NCBI RefSeq assembly: GCF_021028975.2
Contig: NC_059430.1
Coordinates: 61,380,001 to 61,444,000 of the forward strand
Length of the DNA: 64,000 nt
Reading direction: 5' to 3'
DNA from: Sphaerodactylus townsendi
Lineage: Eukaryota
This document shows positions 23,586 to 36,484 of the stretch, in pieces. How positions within the stretch are numbered: the stretch's first letter is position 1; every line of letters begins with the position of its first letter. The notes below the pieces were generated by a model. The model saw only the letters and a program-made list of their open reading frames with translations, did no database searches and was not told the DNA's origin. The position numbers and the translations under genes are program-made.

Positions 23586-24106
23586 CAGTGATGGCGAACC
23601 TTTTCGAGACCGAGTGCCCAAATTGCAACCCCAAACCCACTTAGTTATCGCAAAGTGCCAACACGGCAATTTAACCTGAATACTGAGGTTTTAGTTTAGA
23701 AAAAACAGTTGGCTCTGAGGCATGTGTTACTCGGGAATAGTAAGCGGTTAGGTGGTAGTTGGTGGCTTTGCTTTTGAAGCAAGCTGTTGCAAGCTCTTCC
23801 AGCGGTGGAGATCCATGACCCTAGGAGGGTTTACTCAGAAGCAAGCCCCATTGCCAGCAACCGAGCTTACTCCCAGGTAAAGGATCTTTGCATGAAAATC
23901 AGTGGGGTTTAACAATGCTTAACAGGGTTACCTACACTGCTTCCCCAAAACTAGGTCTTACATTTAATGCTAATAATCAAGCCCAGCATTGTGCCCAAGG
24001 TTAGCCCGTATGTGTGGGGGGGGGGGGGCATCTCTGTTTGCGCGTGCCTACAGAGAGGGCTCTGAGTGCCACCTCTGGCACCCGTGCCATAGGTTCGCCA
24101 TCACTG
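23586..24106. mobile_element. hAT non-autonomous element, hAT1-like
   Basis: Perfect TIRs CAGTGATGGCGAACCT; perfect 8-bp TSD GTCTAGGA. Confidence 0.92.
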
Positions 24107-24781
24107 GTCTAGGAGAACGCTAACCCAAATTTTAGGACTATACTTGAAAGCTGACATGAACTTTTCAAGAATATCCATACCAGAGAATAAGCATCCCAGA
24201 AGGAAAAAAAATAGCGAACTAGTGGATATGCTAGGTTTCCACAAATCAAGCGCACACAGTTTCATAAACAAGTTATGTCTGTACATAGGTTCAAGTCAGA
24301 CAAAACAAGCAAGCCACAGTTTCTTGTGACAAGAATGAAACTTGGAAAGTCTTGGTTTTGTATCTCTCCTTCCTATCTCCAGATCTTCTTCTCTCTGCAT
24401 AACTTAAACCCAAATTTGTCATCTCATCTAATTTGGGCACCAAGACAACCATAAGTTTGTTTGAAACAGCTACAATAACTAAGTCATATGTGGGGTGGGG
24501 ACAGAAGTGCAGAGCCAGAAAATAAGTACATTTGAAAGAATTCACAATCTATACACACACACTGCTTTAAAAAGATCCTCCTTTGGTGCACTCCCAACCT
24601 CATGTCATAGCTGCATTTCTGTGACTATGAGAACAAGATATGTTTGAGCCAATCACCAAGAGGGCGTATTGAAAAGATGTGTGTGATGCACCAAGCTCCC
24701 TATTCTGCTTTTGCTTCAAATAAAACAACTTTTCAATTTCAGAAAATCTTTTAATGAAGTCACAAGTTTTCAGCAGCTTAC

Positions 24782-24876
24782 TTGAGAGACTTTACAAATC
24801 TGGAGAAAAGGTAAGCTACTCTGCTTCGAACTTTTGGATTAGCATGGCGAAGACCTCTGTGATCCAAGAAGGCCAT
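24782..24876 (-). CDS. XPOT: XPOT exon 15 (MAFLDHRGLRHANPKVRSRVAYLFSRFVKSL)
   Basis: AG/GT boundaries, 95 bp. Confidence 0.95.
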
Positions 24877-25055
24877 CTGCAATGAAGATTTGGAAGTTTC
24901 ATTAGCACTCCAAGACCCTGGAACAGAATAGTATATCAAGGCAAGCAAACACAATAACATTTTTGCAACTCTTTTCAGAAAAGGTCCCCCCAAAAATAGT
25001 GTCAGGGATAATCACATAATTTTTTAAAAAAAATAAGGATTTACTATGAACTTAC

Positions 25056-25175
25056 TAAAACATTTGGAATGTGCTGAGGTTCAATGGTAAAGAATTTTTC
25101 GTATCTGACCACAGTCTCAAAGAATTCTAGGGTAACGGATGTATGCTGATAAGCACTAATACCCGAGGTAACCAA
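25056..25175 (-). CDS. XPOT: XPOT exon 14 (LVTSGISAYQH...PQHIPNVL)
   Basis: AG/GT boundaries, 120 bp. Confidence 0.95.
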
Positions 25176-25279
25176 CTACAGGAAGAGGAGGAAATAAAAC
25201 AGAAAGGAAGATGGCTTTGATTAACATTTTCTTTTAACGAAGTACTTCATCAACCATGCCTGCTTAGTGTCATACTTAC

Positions 25280-25421
25280 AGTCCGCATCATATCCTGGAG
25301 AGCACTAGCTTTTGTATCACCTGAAAAATGAGCACCATGAGATACTGGAAGAGCCTCAGCCAGCATATAAAGTAGCCTTATTGCTACTTCTACTTCCATA
25401 AATGGCTTTGTCTGCCAATTC
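25280..25421 (-). CDS. XPOT: XPOT exon 13 (NWQTKPFMEVEVAIRLLYMLAEALP...QDMMRT)
   Basis: AG/GT boundaries, 142 bp. Confidence 0.95.
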
Positions 25422-26501
25422 CTATAAAACAAACACGTATAAGTAAATGCAGTGCAAATGAATGTTCATGTTCACAGACCCCCCTAAAGAAATGTACGTG
25501 CAAGTAAGGATCAACACAATGATCCTCACATACTAAGCATTACAGAGATATCTCATGCACAATATGTTGTTTTTCTTGTTACAAGTATACTTTACTGGAA
25601 GCTGAAAACGGATATAAGATTAATGTATATTTCATAGGGTATTACTGAAAAAATACCAAGTTCAGCATGGCTGGTTAAATACAAGGCCATGGATATAGTT
25701 TGGGAACATCAGACACCATTGTACTACTGAAGCAAAGCAAGCAGCAATCTGGATGGGAAATCCAGATTTCTTCATGTGAGAGCTGGTTGTATATTATGAT
25801 TTGGATCCATTTCTTCCCTACAAGTGTGAAGAATCTTCTGCCTATTGAAGAACTCCTCACACAGTGGAAGGGAAGCATGGAACTGTATTCTACTGCTCTG
25901 CAAAGGGCAGGAGATCTTCCAGGGCAGGAAGCTTCCCTCTGATACAAGCATGGTAGGACATAGCCCAGTGGGTTAAACAGATTGAAATATTTACTAAGAC
26001 TGGATATATGCTTAAATTCCCCACGAATACCTGATCACAGGCAAGCTATGATCCAGTACGGCATTTCTTATTTCTCAACGTTTGATATGCCAGTGATCTT
26101 ATAAACTTTTACAATGTACCCCCTCATTTAACCCTTTCATTCAAATTAACAGTAGTATTTGACTTTGTCTTCACCTTAGTTTAGATAAAGCAGCAACGGG
26201 AACAAGATAAGGCAGATTGTTCCCTTTGCATATAAAATAACTGAAAATTATTACATTTAGTCAGCTTTCTTTTTCTTGGGGTCTAATGAAGCTACACAGA
26301 TTTGTGGCTTCATTAACTTGTCTGCAGAAGATACCAAGAGTTGGAAAGCATGGTTTTAGCAAGAGTTGCAGTACATAATGTGAGGTGTCAAATAATCAGA
26401 CTGCTAATATTCCAACCAAAACTGAAGTCATTGAAGATCAAAGCTAATAGTTAATTCAAACCAGAGAAAGCCTCCAAAGATTGTCATAAAACAAAACTTA
26501 C

Positions 26502-26626
26502 CGCAAGGTAGTGTTAAAAACTCTGCATACAGAAACCAACAGCAATTCAGGTGAAACCTGCGCAAGTCTGTCCAACAGCAGCTTGAGCTGTTTTCGGTAT
26601 TCTACAAACATTGCTTCATCTTCACC
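26502..26626 (-). CDS. XPOT: XPOT exon 12 (GEDEAMFVEYRKQLKLLLDRLAQVSPE...)
   Basis: AG/GT boundaries, 125 bp. Confidence 0.95.
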
Positions 26627-27882
26627 CTGGTGACATAGGCAATGAGATGACATCACCCAGTTCATTGTACTTCATGCAAATAAGATGCAAGCCAATTATC
26701 TAACCAATTCTTTGACTGAACTTCCAGAACAATTTTATCCCTGCTCCAAGAGGTTGTCTCCCTCGTGCCAACAGGAACTGAAGATGAACTAATTTGTACA
26801 CCAGAACAACATCACTGCACTGGCAATAAATATTGCCAACTGGCCCCTTAAACTGGCAAGCCATTGCAAAGGCCAGGGGAATATCAAAACATCTCAGGAG
26901 CAATAAAGAAAGAGTGCAAGTACATGCTAAATATTTTCCCTCTGTCATGAGAGATAAGGCATCCCATCCCTTTAAGAATGTCCCACTACTCCAGATTTGG
27001 CCAGGATGCATACATTCAATGTTGGGAACACTTCTGAAATGCACCTGTGAGCCTGATTTCACATAAAGAAGATACTCCATATTATTGTCTCCAAGCCCTG
27101 CTACATCTCTGTTTGTGTTAAGTTTACAAATCAGCATAAATAAGTTGGGCTAACACCATTCTAGGGTCCTGAATTCTCAGGAGGAAAGTGGGCTTATAAA
27201 TGCTTTAAAAATAAATAATGTTCTATGTTGCTTTTAAAATTCCAGTCACAAGTTCCCCTTCACCCACATTTCAACATAACAAGCTTCAGTTGAAACCAAA
27301 GTAAAAAATATATCATATCTGAGTCAATATTAGATCTCTTTTAGTTTTTGACCTCTGTGTCGTTTGCCAAGAAGGGTGGAATTTTTCCAACAAGGCTTAG
27401 GCACAAAGCTTGGAAAAGGCCTGTTACACCAGGAATTCTGAAGGAGTGAAGTATGACAAAGATGACCAGGTAAACAGAAAACCTCCGCTAACAACGGAGT
27501 GACATCCACTTTATCTAGCATTTTGAGGAAGTGGTCCAATACTGAGTGAGGGCAAAGGCTCTGCAGATAAAGAGGAACTCTGTCTTCCATGGAAAACTGT
27601 CCAAGAACAAAAACTGCATACAGTCTGGTTCACTATAATTAGGCAAACTCCTCTGCAATGCTGTAATGGTTGAACAAACTGATCAGGAAGGTGTGGCTCT
27701 GCCTAATCAAGATGTGTGTATTTGTCCTCTAACCTCAAGATAGATGGTGCCAGGAAAAAATATTTAAAGTTGGGCTCTAGAAGTTTCTGAGTGCATGGCT
27801 TTGGGTGTTCATATACATGTGACTGCAAAGATGCTACAAAGAAAACAAAGCTTCTCTACTGTGCCTAACTATGCATGCTAAT

Positions 27883-27909
27883 ACACACACACACACACAC
27901 ACACACACA
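27883..27909. repeat. (CA)n microsatellite
   Basis: Direct observation. Confidence 0.9.
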
Positions 27910-28152
27910 GGCTTCAGGTGGTATGAACTTGAACCTCTGTGCACACAATGTGCCTATATGTATAACAGTGTACTTTTTTGCTGTGGATCAAAACTGGAAT
28001 TGGCACTATGGCCCTAAAGCTCCAAAAAGGATTCTGCTACTAGTGCCCTACAGAATAGTGTTAAACTAATAGTAGTTTCATTTAAGCTGTCTTCAAATCA
28101 TACCAAGAAACATGTACTGTTTCCATAGAAATTGAGCTAACTATGAGATGGG

Positions 28153-28598
28153 TAGCCTAATTCAGAGTCCCTGGCGGTAGGATACAGTGCTGCTTCAGTG
28201 CTGATCCGCTTCCTTCAAGAGGGCTTCTCAGCAGCACAGGGAAGCAAAAAACAAAAAAGTCTCCCTGCCACCAAAAAGCCCTCCATTGGGCTCCATGGTA
28301 TACCTTTTGGATGGTGTAAGCCCAAGCCCCTGGCACCGATGTTTTGGCAGGCAAAGGCTGGGTGGAAGCTGAGTAATCCCTGGTCACACCTCCAGAATGC
28401 CCCTGCTACCCGGCAGAGGCACAAGAATGCTGATGCAGTGCTCTGTGCCACCTCAGAGGGCCATGGAGGCTGCCTGCCAGTGAGTTTGCTGCTCCACCAG
28501 GGTAAGTGCCCCAGGAAGGGCAAATGCTCCAGCACAGCCCCGCACTGCCTCCACATGTGGATTCACCTGCCTCCCCCCACCCCCACTGGATTGGGCTG
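28153..28598. mobile_element. Harbinger-like MITE ending ~25 nt from the XPOT exon 11 donor
   Basis: Ends tagcctaattcag / ctggattgggctg, followed by TAA. Confidence 0.55.
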
Positions 28599-28623
28599 TA
28601 AGTTGCCAAAAGGAACATCTTAC

Positions 28624-28686
28624 CTCATTTTCAAAGTTGTATTCCTCATCATATGTTAACTTCTTCATAACTGCTAACATAATTGC
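28624..28686 (-). CDS. XPOT: XPOT exon 11 (AIMLAVMKKLTYDEEYNFENE)
   Basis: AG/GT boundaries, 63 bp. Confidence 0.95.
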
Positions 28687-29070
28687 CTGCAGTAATGAAA
28701 ACTATTGTTAGTTTTCTCTCAAAATCTTGCAAGAAACACAGCAACAGGAAGAAAAAAAGAGAACACTGCATCATGACTGCTTGAAACAGACACTTCGCAT
28801 AGAATTCCACTAACAAAAACCCCACAAGGACAAAAAAGTTCAGCTGCTGACTTGGCTAAAGTGCAAAACTGAAATTTGGTTTACACTACATTTGTGCTAC
28901 AATGCTTATTTTTGAGTATATTCGAAGTACATGTTTCAAGACAAATATCCATACTACTTTGAAGTGGGGGGAGGCTAATGTGGCAAAACAAGCCATCAGT
29001 TACACCATTGGGCAGTGGGAGTAAGGATAAGAGAAAATAATTGTAGGATAAGAGAAAATAATTGTCTTAC

Positions 29071-29109
29071 CTCTACATTAGCTTTTTGCTGTTCTGAAAG
29101 CATAGGAAG
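29071..29109 (-). CDS. XPOT: XPOT exon 10 (LPMLSEQQKANVE)
   Basis: AG/GT boundaries, 39 bp. Confidence 0.93.
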
Positions 29110-29215
29110 CTGCAAAACAAGAACATAATCTGAAGCTATTCCCTGAAGCAATTTCCACATATTTTTAAGGAACCCAACTTATAACTCTGTCAATAGTGTA
29201 AGGACTTTAACCTAC

Positions 29216-29452
29216 CTGCTTCAGTATATGTAGATAATCATAACAAAACCCAATAATATTAGAAGAGATATCATCATCCTCATGAATCAGTAGTTGCAAC
29301 ATGAGGGCCACTTTTGCCTCAATCGCTTGTAGAGTATCTTGAGCATTCTTCATATCTTCACTTTTCACTAGTTTAGTCCAACTAGCTATCAATGCCTGTC
29401 CCATTCCATTGACCAATTTGGAAAACCTGGCTAGGAAGTCTACATCTTCTTC
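29216..29452 (-). CDS. XPOT: XPOT exon 9 (EEDVDFLARFSKLVNGMG...YLHILKQ)
   Basis: AG/GT boundaries, 237 bp. Confidence 0.95.
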
Positions 29453-30282
29453 CTGTAAAGTTCAGAATAATTAACTTTTGAAAGTAACCAGAACAGCCTG
29501 GTTATTTTTAAAAAATTATAAGAGGAAGTCAAATTCAACATTTGTCTGAAATGGCACTTTTATGCAACAATCACCTTGAAGACATTTTACTTTGCCTGTA
29601 CTAAGTCTTTCATACTTTCATAAAAGTTATTATATATGTCATGTATAAAGAATGAATAGCTTATAATACCATTTCAAGTAGTCCTTCACCTCCAGGCCTA
29701 CAGCAGCCAGGGAAGAATTAAAGATGTAAAAGCTGCTGTTCATCACATTATGAAGCTCTAAAACTGTGACATGTAAGACCCTCTTCTGCTACAGAAGCCT
29801 CTGACAGCTCTCATATTTTTTCTAGTATATTTATCTAGCGGATTTGTCAATCCCTATGGCCATGGAGCAGATATAAAGTGCAATGAGGGGATGAATTCTA
29901 CTAACGGTCACATTTTTTTAATCCCATCCTTTCCCTAAGGAACTTGGGACAGCACACATGCTTCTATTTTTGCCGATTTTAGTGCCAAACAACATATTAG
30001 GAAGACCAGATTGAGTGCAAGATTGATTCAAAGTCAACCAGAACATTCCATGACTTTGTGCGGATTTGAACCTAGGCCCAACTATCTGACCACTACTGGC
30101 TACAAGTTTTTGGAGGGTGATGGCATAGAAGTGGATATAGCCATCCAGAAGAATCCTTTCCATCAGACAATCCTTTCGGCAACTCATTAATACACCACAG
30201 CCCAGGCTATGTTACTATAGTTTCTCTTCCCGTCAGTGTTCTAAACCTAGTAGGGCTATTCTGAAGCAAGAAATAAACTAAC

Positions 30283-30451
30283 CTGGTCAATACTGAAAAG
30301 GCCTGCAGACTGTAATACTTGACACAATGTTTCAACCAGCTTTGTTTTGTCAATTGGATCCATTCCTTTATTTACAATTTCATACAAACAATCACAAGCT
30401 TCCTCCCGTAGAACCTCTACAGACATGTGACCTAGCAGCATATTTATAAAC
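30283..30451 (-). CDS. XPOT: XPOT exon 8 (FINMLLGHMSVEVLREEACDCL...SIDQ)
   Basis: AG/GT boundaries, 169 bp. Confidence 0.95.
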
Positions 30452-30550
30452 CTAAAAAAGAGAGAAAAGTCTTACTCAGCATATGGAAGTTGTAAACAGC
30501 ATCTGTTCAAAAACATATATAGATATAATTGACACACATACATTTAATCT

Positions 30551-31097
30551 TTATTTATTTATTTATTTATTTATTTTATTTTATTAGATTTTTATACCGC
30601 CCCATCCCCGGAGGGCTCTGGGCGGTGTACAACATTTAAAAATAGTATAATTAATAACATTTAAAAGCAGCGATCCAAGTTTAGATATAAATTAAATTAA
30701 TTTAAAATCCAAGATGTAAGGTGGCGTCCAGCATTTCAAGCAGTATGAAATCCCTCCACTCCCCACGATGAAGGGAGGCATGGCGAGTCACAGTGATGGA
30801 GTGCGTGAGGCCGGGTGTTAAGGGCCACAGACGGGGCACTATTAGCGGCTGGGTCCTCCAAAGGCCCGGCGGAACAGCTCCGTCTTACAGGCCCCGCGGA
30901 ACTCCTTAAGGTCCCGCAGGGCCCGGACAGCTGGAGGGAGAGCGTTCCACCAGGCCGGGGCCAGGGCTGTAAAAGTCCTGGCCCGCGTGGAGGCCAGCCG
31001 CATCGCCGAGGGGCCAGGGACCACCAATAAGTTGGCCTCCGCCGATCGGAGAGGCCGCCTAGGGACATATGGGGTGATGCGGTCTCGAAGATATCCC
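30551..31097 (-). mobile_element. Young L2 LINE 3' end
   Basis: Intact ORF2 C-terminus (YLRDRITPYVPRRPLRS...WWNALP...KTELFRRAF), CpG-rich, (TAAA)n tail. Confidence 0.88.
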
Positions 31098-31288
31098 TTA
31101 AAATTAGATGAAACTGAAGCATGCACCCATGCTGTAGTGATTTAAACACCATTCGGATAGTGGGTCACTTTGGGCACTCTTAATTATTACTTAATACACA
31201 ACTTATCCTTAAGTTTCCTGGAGACTGCTGCAGATTTCTATAAACATTTGCTAGAGTGCTCACACAATAAATTCGTAAGAAATATTAC

Positions 31289-31473
31289 CTGTCATTGGCA
31301 ATGAGGCTCAATTCTATCCAAGAGACATATGCACCCATGACTTCAAGGCACTGACATGTCAACTCTGAATTTGTATACTGGTAAGTTTGCAAGATTTGGT
31401 ACCAGGATTCCACTAGACTTGGAATGCATTGTTCTCTCATTGTATCTTTTAGTAAGGTATTTCTGCGAGCCTC
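31289..31473 (-). CDS. XPOT: XPOT exon 7 (EARRNTLLKDTMREQ...LIAND)
   Basis: AG/GT boundaries, 185 bp. Confidence 0.95.
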
Positions 31474-32072
31474 CTGTAAATACATAAAAAGTGTCAGTCC
31501 AAACAAAATGCTCATGCTTTAGTTGCAAGTTGGAAATGCTGGGACCACAAACAAGACATGCACCAGAAAAGTGGTATTTGATCTCCTTTGGAACATTTAT
31601 TCCAAATTGGAAGGACTGTTTTTAGCTTTTATGATGACTGTGGATTGTGCTTTTGTCAACTGCTATCAAGTAACCAATGTAAAAGAAATACTATATTTGA
31701 CAGTTCCTGCATTGGATGCCATGGAGGATTTCCACAGGTGGAGGAGTATTTTTGCCCATTCACTGTACCAAACTTCCAAGTTCCTCTCCTACTTCCCCCA
31801 GACATCCAAAAATATCACACTTTGAGCTGCAGCATGAGGGGAGAGGCAGGGAATTCTCTTCAGGCCACAGAGTCAAGACACAATCTGAAGACTTCTGTTA
31901 ACATTTTGTTCTGTATCAAAACCAGACATTACATATAAGACCACCAGGAGGATATTTGTAAATGTACTGGAATTACATTTATATTTGAAATTTGAAGACA
32001 ATAACTTAAGGACAGAAACATTTTAGAAGTGTTATTCTACAAGTAAATTTATACTGTAAAGAAAGAACTTGC

Positions 32073-32291
32073 CTCAGATGTGTGAACAACATCTCTATCT
32101 ACTAGTTCAGCATCCACTGCCATAAGGATTCTGAGGTACAGATCCACTCCTCGAGGATTAAGGCCTACCACTGACAGAATATCAAAGAAAAACTTGGGCC
32201 ATTTTGTGAGATATTCAGTAACAAACAGCAAAGCAAAGACTTGAGCTGCTTTGTTTCGTATAAATGTCTTCTCTGGTTGAGAATTCACCAT
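32073..32291 (-). CDS. XPOT: XPOT exon 6 (MVNSQPEKTFIRNKAAQ...VVHTSE), GC donor
   Basis: cag acceptor; ends GAG|gcaagt; 219 bp keeps the frame with exon 7. Confidence 0.93.
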
Positions 32292-32439
32292 CTGAGGGGA
32301 GAAAAATTATAGTTACTTAAGAACCAAGCTGTGTATAAAAATGTAAGGGAAAATATATATTCACATTGTAAATTTAATTTAAAACTTGGGAACAATTTAT
32401 GAAACAGACTCTTCATGACAGAAAGCTATGAAAAATCCT

Positions 32440-32625
32440 TGAGGTAGAACATCTGCTTTGCATGCATACAGTCCAGGTTCAATACCTGGCATCTCTAGTT
32501 AAAAAGCTCAGGTAGCAAGCAGTTTGAAAGACTGCTATCTAAGATCCTAGAAAGCTGCTGCCAGTCAGAGTAATTATTCTGATCTTGATAAACAAAGGGT
32601 CAGAGTCAGTATAATGCAGAGGCTG
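32440..32625 (+). mobile_element. tRNA-derived SINE (Squam3-like); partial copy at ~23060-23230
   Basis: ggtagaacatctgctttgcatg..ccaggttcaatacctggcatctc head; agctgctgccagtcagagta body. Confidence 0.65.
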
Positions 32626-32638
32626 TATTCAAACCTAC

Positions 32639-32708
32639 CTGAGCTTGGAGCCAAGCTATGAGTGTTTCCCTAATTAGTTGATGCTGTACTTCAGTTAACT
32701 GAGGATAC
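32639..32708 (-). CDS. XPOT: XPOT exon 5 (YPQLTEVQHQLIRETLIAWLQAQ)
   Basis: AG/GT boundaries, 70 bp. Confidence 0.95.
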
Positions 32709-34085
32709 CTAAAAATACATAAAATAATACTTGGTTCATTTTAGCTTTAAGAAATTTAGTAGGCTATGGTCCAGTCCTTAAAAAGGGGTTTCTTTTAAAA
32801 TTTGTATAGATAATTAATGCCAGAAAAGTTCAGCATAAGTTTTCAAGACGTTATGAAGCTGAGCAAGGTCAAAAGATAAACTGGTGATCCTATATGGAGG
32901 ATATAAAATATGTATCACATGTTTTGTCAGAGGGGAATAAATAATTTCATACAAAGCATGCTAAACTCATTTCACAAAACTATAGTGTTGGGCTGGGATC
33001 TAGGCAGCTTGTGTTCAGACCTCCACTTTGCCAAGAAGCTCACTGAGTGACCCTGGGCCAGTCACTCTCTTTCACACTAACCTTCCTCACAAGGCTTTTG
33101 TGAGGATAGGACTGGAAAGCCAAGTTTCCTGAGCTCATTGGAGGAAAGATAGAAAAAATGTTAGATAGCACTTGCCCTCAAACACAGTAAATGGCTTTCA
33201 GTAGAACAGGTGGTGTTATGTGAGGCACCTAAGCAATATTAGACCAGAAAACTATACTTCCAGCAATCATTTTCCAGTTCCCAATCAGTTCATACATGAA
33301 GCAAACCAGATTATTACAGTTCTCATAGTCTTAAAAGAGGCTAATTAGTCAAGCTACTTTATGAAAACATGAAGAAAGCAGATATGTTAATTTCACCTGG
33401 AAAGAAAGATAGGTCCTGATGAGTGTAGTTCAGGTGGCTGGGTTCCCAAAAAAGTTTAGTGAAAAAAGTTTAGTTAAAAAATGTTGACATTCAAGCAATA
33501 TATAACTTTGAACAATGCAAGGCTTTCAGACTGTTGGAGCTTCCCTCATTATAAACATCAGCAAGTTTGAGTCCCATTCCAGTAATTAGTCAAATATATA
33601 TTATAGATCTATTAAATATGACCCAGATAGCCCATGCTAGCCTGATATGAAATCTCAGTGGCTAAACAGGATCAATTCAGGCAAGTATTTGGATGGGAGA
33701 CCTCCAATGAATACCAGGATCACGGCATGGAGGCAGGCAATGCCACGCCACCTCTGAACGTCTCTTGCCTTCACCAGAGGTTGCCATGTCAGATGTGATT
33801 TGATGGCAATTGATCAAGATTGGAAGATTGTTCAAGGAATATACTGTTTCTCAGCCTTTCCTCCAATTCTTACCACTGTAGCACTAGTCAACCAATTCAC
33901 TGTCTTTTCACAACATTTACTACACAATTGGGATTGCACTAAATACAACTATTTTCAAGCCATATCAATATTTAAAATGAAATTAAAGAAAATAAAGGAT
34001 TTCATATATACAAACACCCCTGTATATTCATATACATTCCTTTATCATATACTAAAACCTTGAAGATATGAGGAAGATATCTTAC

Positions 34086-34142
34086 TTGTATTTGATTTGA
34101 TGTTCCAGAACTTGAAAGCAGAAGAACTTGATGTGATCATCA
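34086..34142 (-). CDS. XPOT: XPOT exon 4 (DDHIKFFCFQVLEHQIKY)
   Basis: AG/GT boundaries, 57 bp. Confidence 0.95.
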
Positions 34143-35419
34143 CTAGAAAAAGAAGTGCAATACAAACAAAACTATTTAGGAACCACGTTGCAGACTTTAT
34201 GTGCACGATCTTGACAGTGGATATAAACACTGCTAATTCTTTACAAAATTAGAGAGTCAGACTGATAGCACAAAACTGAACACCTAAACTTTAATATCTG
34301 CCCATTTATTAGAGTACATCCCATGACTGAACTGCACAATCATAAAATTAGGTCCTGGGTGCAGAATCCTAAAAAAAAACCCCTGAGCTTTTAAACACAA
34401 AAGCGAGTCTTTTGACCAGATTTTTAAAAGGTATCCTGTTAAAGCACAGCTTCTGCCAGAAATACTGAAAGGTTACTATTAGAGTAATGTATGACCTCAT
34501 CCCCTGCCATCTTATGGTTCGCTCTGCTCTTCTGGCAGCCATTTTGTCGTTGGCTCTGCCTCCTCCAGCAGCCATTTTGTTGCTGCATAAACCAACCTGT
34601 GTCTGAATTCCAAAGGTACTTGCAAGCTCAAGAAAAGTTGGGTACCCTTAATATAGGTAATGCCTGGTGAAATAGTGGGATTTAGTATGAGATAAGTGTT
34701 CAATGCCTTACCATATCCTATTATTAGCAGAACAAAAAAAGGAAAATGTGCATCTGCTTATTTATTTCATGGCCCTCATCTCCCATTTTCTACAAGAAAC
34801 TTATGAGAACTATGTTTACATAGGACTCTCCAGCAATTTCCCATCCAAGTAGATGTGAGAGACAGAATTCCTTCACTTCAATGGCAGACTCAAGTTACAG
34901 GCCTTTAGGTTACTTTCTGCTTAACAGACAAGTTAGGGATATATAAATAATATAAATTTTAGTCATGGGGAATCCCACCCCCCTCCACCCAGGGAAATAA
35001 TAGAAATTTTGGTAAGATTTTGCTGTTCAGTGAAGCCTAAGCTTGTCATCCTTTGTTAGCAACATAAAACACATTATTTATAACTTAGAATATCTCCTAT
35101 ATTTCAAATCTCTGTGACTGGTTGCAGAATTTATCCTATCCTGGTGCACGATTTTGAAGTTCAAAATATAATGAAAGGCACTTTAAATTCATATACACAA
35201 ACACTAAATATGCATTTAGAAAGCAAAGCATTCTTCATGTGCCATTTCAGAATGGTTAACAAAGCATACTATATAAAATTACTATTTACGACTACCCAGC
35301 AACCACACATTATATTATTTTAAATAGCAAGACTTGCTTGGCAAAGTTTCCAATGCCAAAATTCTTACAACTGCAAAGCATTTCCAAATAAAATAAAATA
35401 ATTATTTTAAATTTTCTAC

Positions 35420-35502
35420 CTGTAAATTCTTTGGGCTAAAGCTTCAGCACACACCTGCCAAGCATCTGGAGAGATCTTCAGCTGCTCAAAATAGGCTAAT
35501 GC
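35420..35502 (-). CDS. XPOT: XPOT exon 3 (ALAYFEQLKISPDAWQVCAEALAQRIY)
   Basis: AG/GT boundaries, 83 bp. Confidence 0.95.
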
Positions 35503-35989
35503 CTGAAATTACAAATATACAAAAAAGGGCTTCCTTCAAAATGTAGCAGAGCAAGGAAAGTTGCCAATGTGGTATAAAAGAGATCTTTCCCAAATCTATA
35601 TAAAATGTAGGCCCATATGGTATTTTACATAACTTTAGAATTAAGTAGGGGGAGGAGATAAGAGCATATACTTAGAAATTGCACTGGTTTTTGATGCCAC
35701 TTAAGCAAAGGAACAAAAACACTTGGATACCTGAGAAGCAGGAATACGAAGGAAGTAAATAGATACCCAGGGAGCAAGATGCAGAAAGGATAATACAAAA
35801 GGAAATGGGGGAAACCTCAGGGTCTATGAACTTAACAATACGGTAGCAAGAAATTAAATGTACATTTAAAATCAGAAACAGTAAAAACAGATTAAATTCC
35901 ATAAAATAATAAACAACAAAAATGGCAGTGTAAGCTCCAGTATAGACCAAGCAGACCAAAGTAAGTGTGGATGGTGATTGATGGAAGCA

Positions 35990-36345
35990 TAAAGAGAAAA
36001 AAAGGGGGGGCTGCCAAGTGTCTGGTGGATAGAGCAATAGATAGATGTAATAGAGCAGCCAAAAATCCTAAAATTCTTACAGGCCTTACATAACAGGGCC
36101 CTGGTCTCTTCAGTCAGAGAACTCCCCGAGGCAAGGGCCATGGCCAAAAAGGCCCTGGATGAGGACTTCCAGTAAATTTGGAGAACTACAATGAAACATC
36201 CTTGGGAGAACATAGCAGGAGACCCAGTCCCACAGGTATGAAGGTCCCAGACCATAAGGCGCTTTAAAGGTTAAAATCAGCATCTTGAACCTGATCTGAA
36301 GCATATTAGCAACCAATGAAGTCGTGGATAACAAAACAGTCACAT
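35990..36345 (-). mobile_element. Older L2 LINE fragment
   Basis: Degenerate QIRFKMLILTFKA.YGLGPSYL motif. Confidence 0.7.
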
Positions 36346-36424
36346 AACAATTTGAATCAGCTTTCTAAATCTTTGGCTACACCTGGAATTTACCAAACTA
36401 CCTGTAGTTACAAATAAAACTTAC

Positions 36425-36484
36425 TCGTTGCCTGAAGTCTAAATCAGCATTTGGATTTAGTCCCAAAAGAGCTTGTTCATCCAT
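36425..36484 (-). CDS. XPOT: XPOT first coding exon, exon 2 (MDEQALLGLNPNADLDFRQR); the exon including its 5'UTR starts at 36558
   Basis: ATG at 36484, gtaagt donor; the 24 coding exons sum to 2886 nt = 961 aa + stop. Confidence 0.95.

Noticed and set aside
29024-29066. Short tandem duplications (also ~653, ~4558, ~7339, ~12202, ~15244)
   Set aside because: Ordinary two-copy slippage duplications; not CRISPR-like and no functional evidence.
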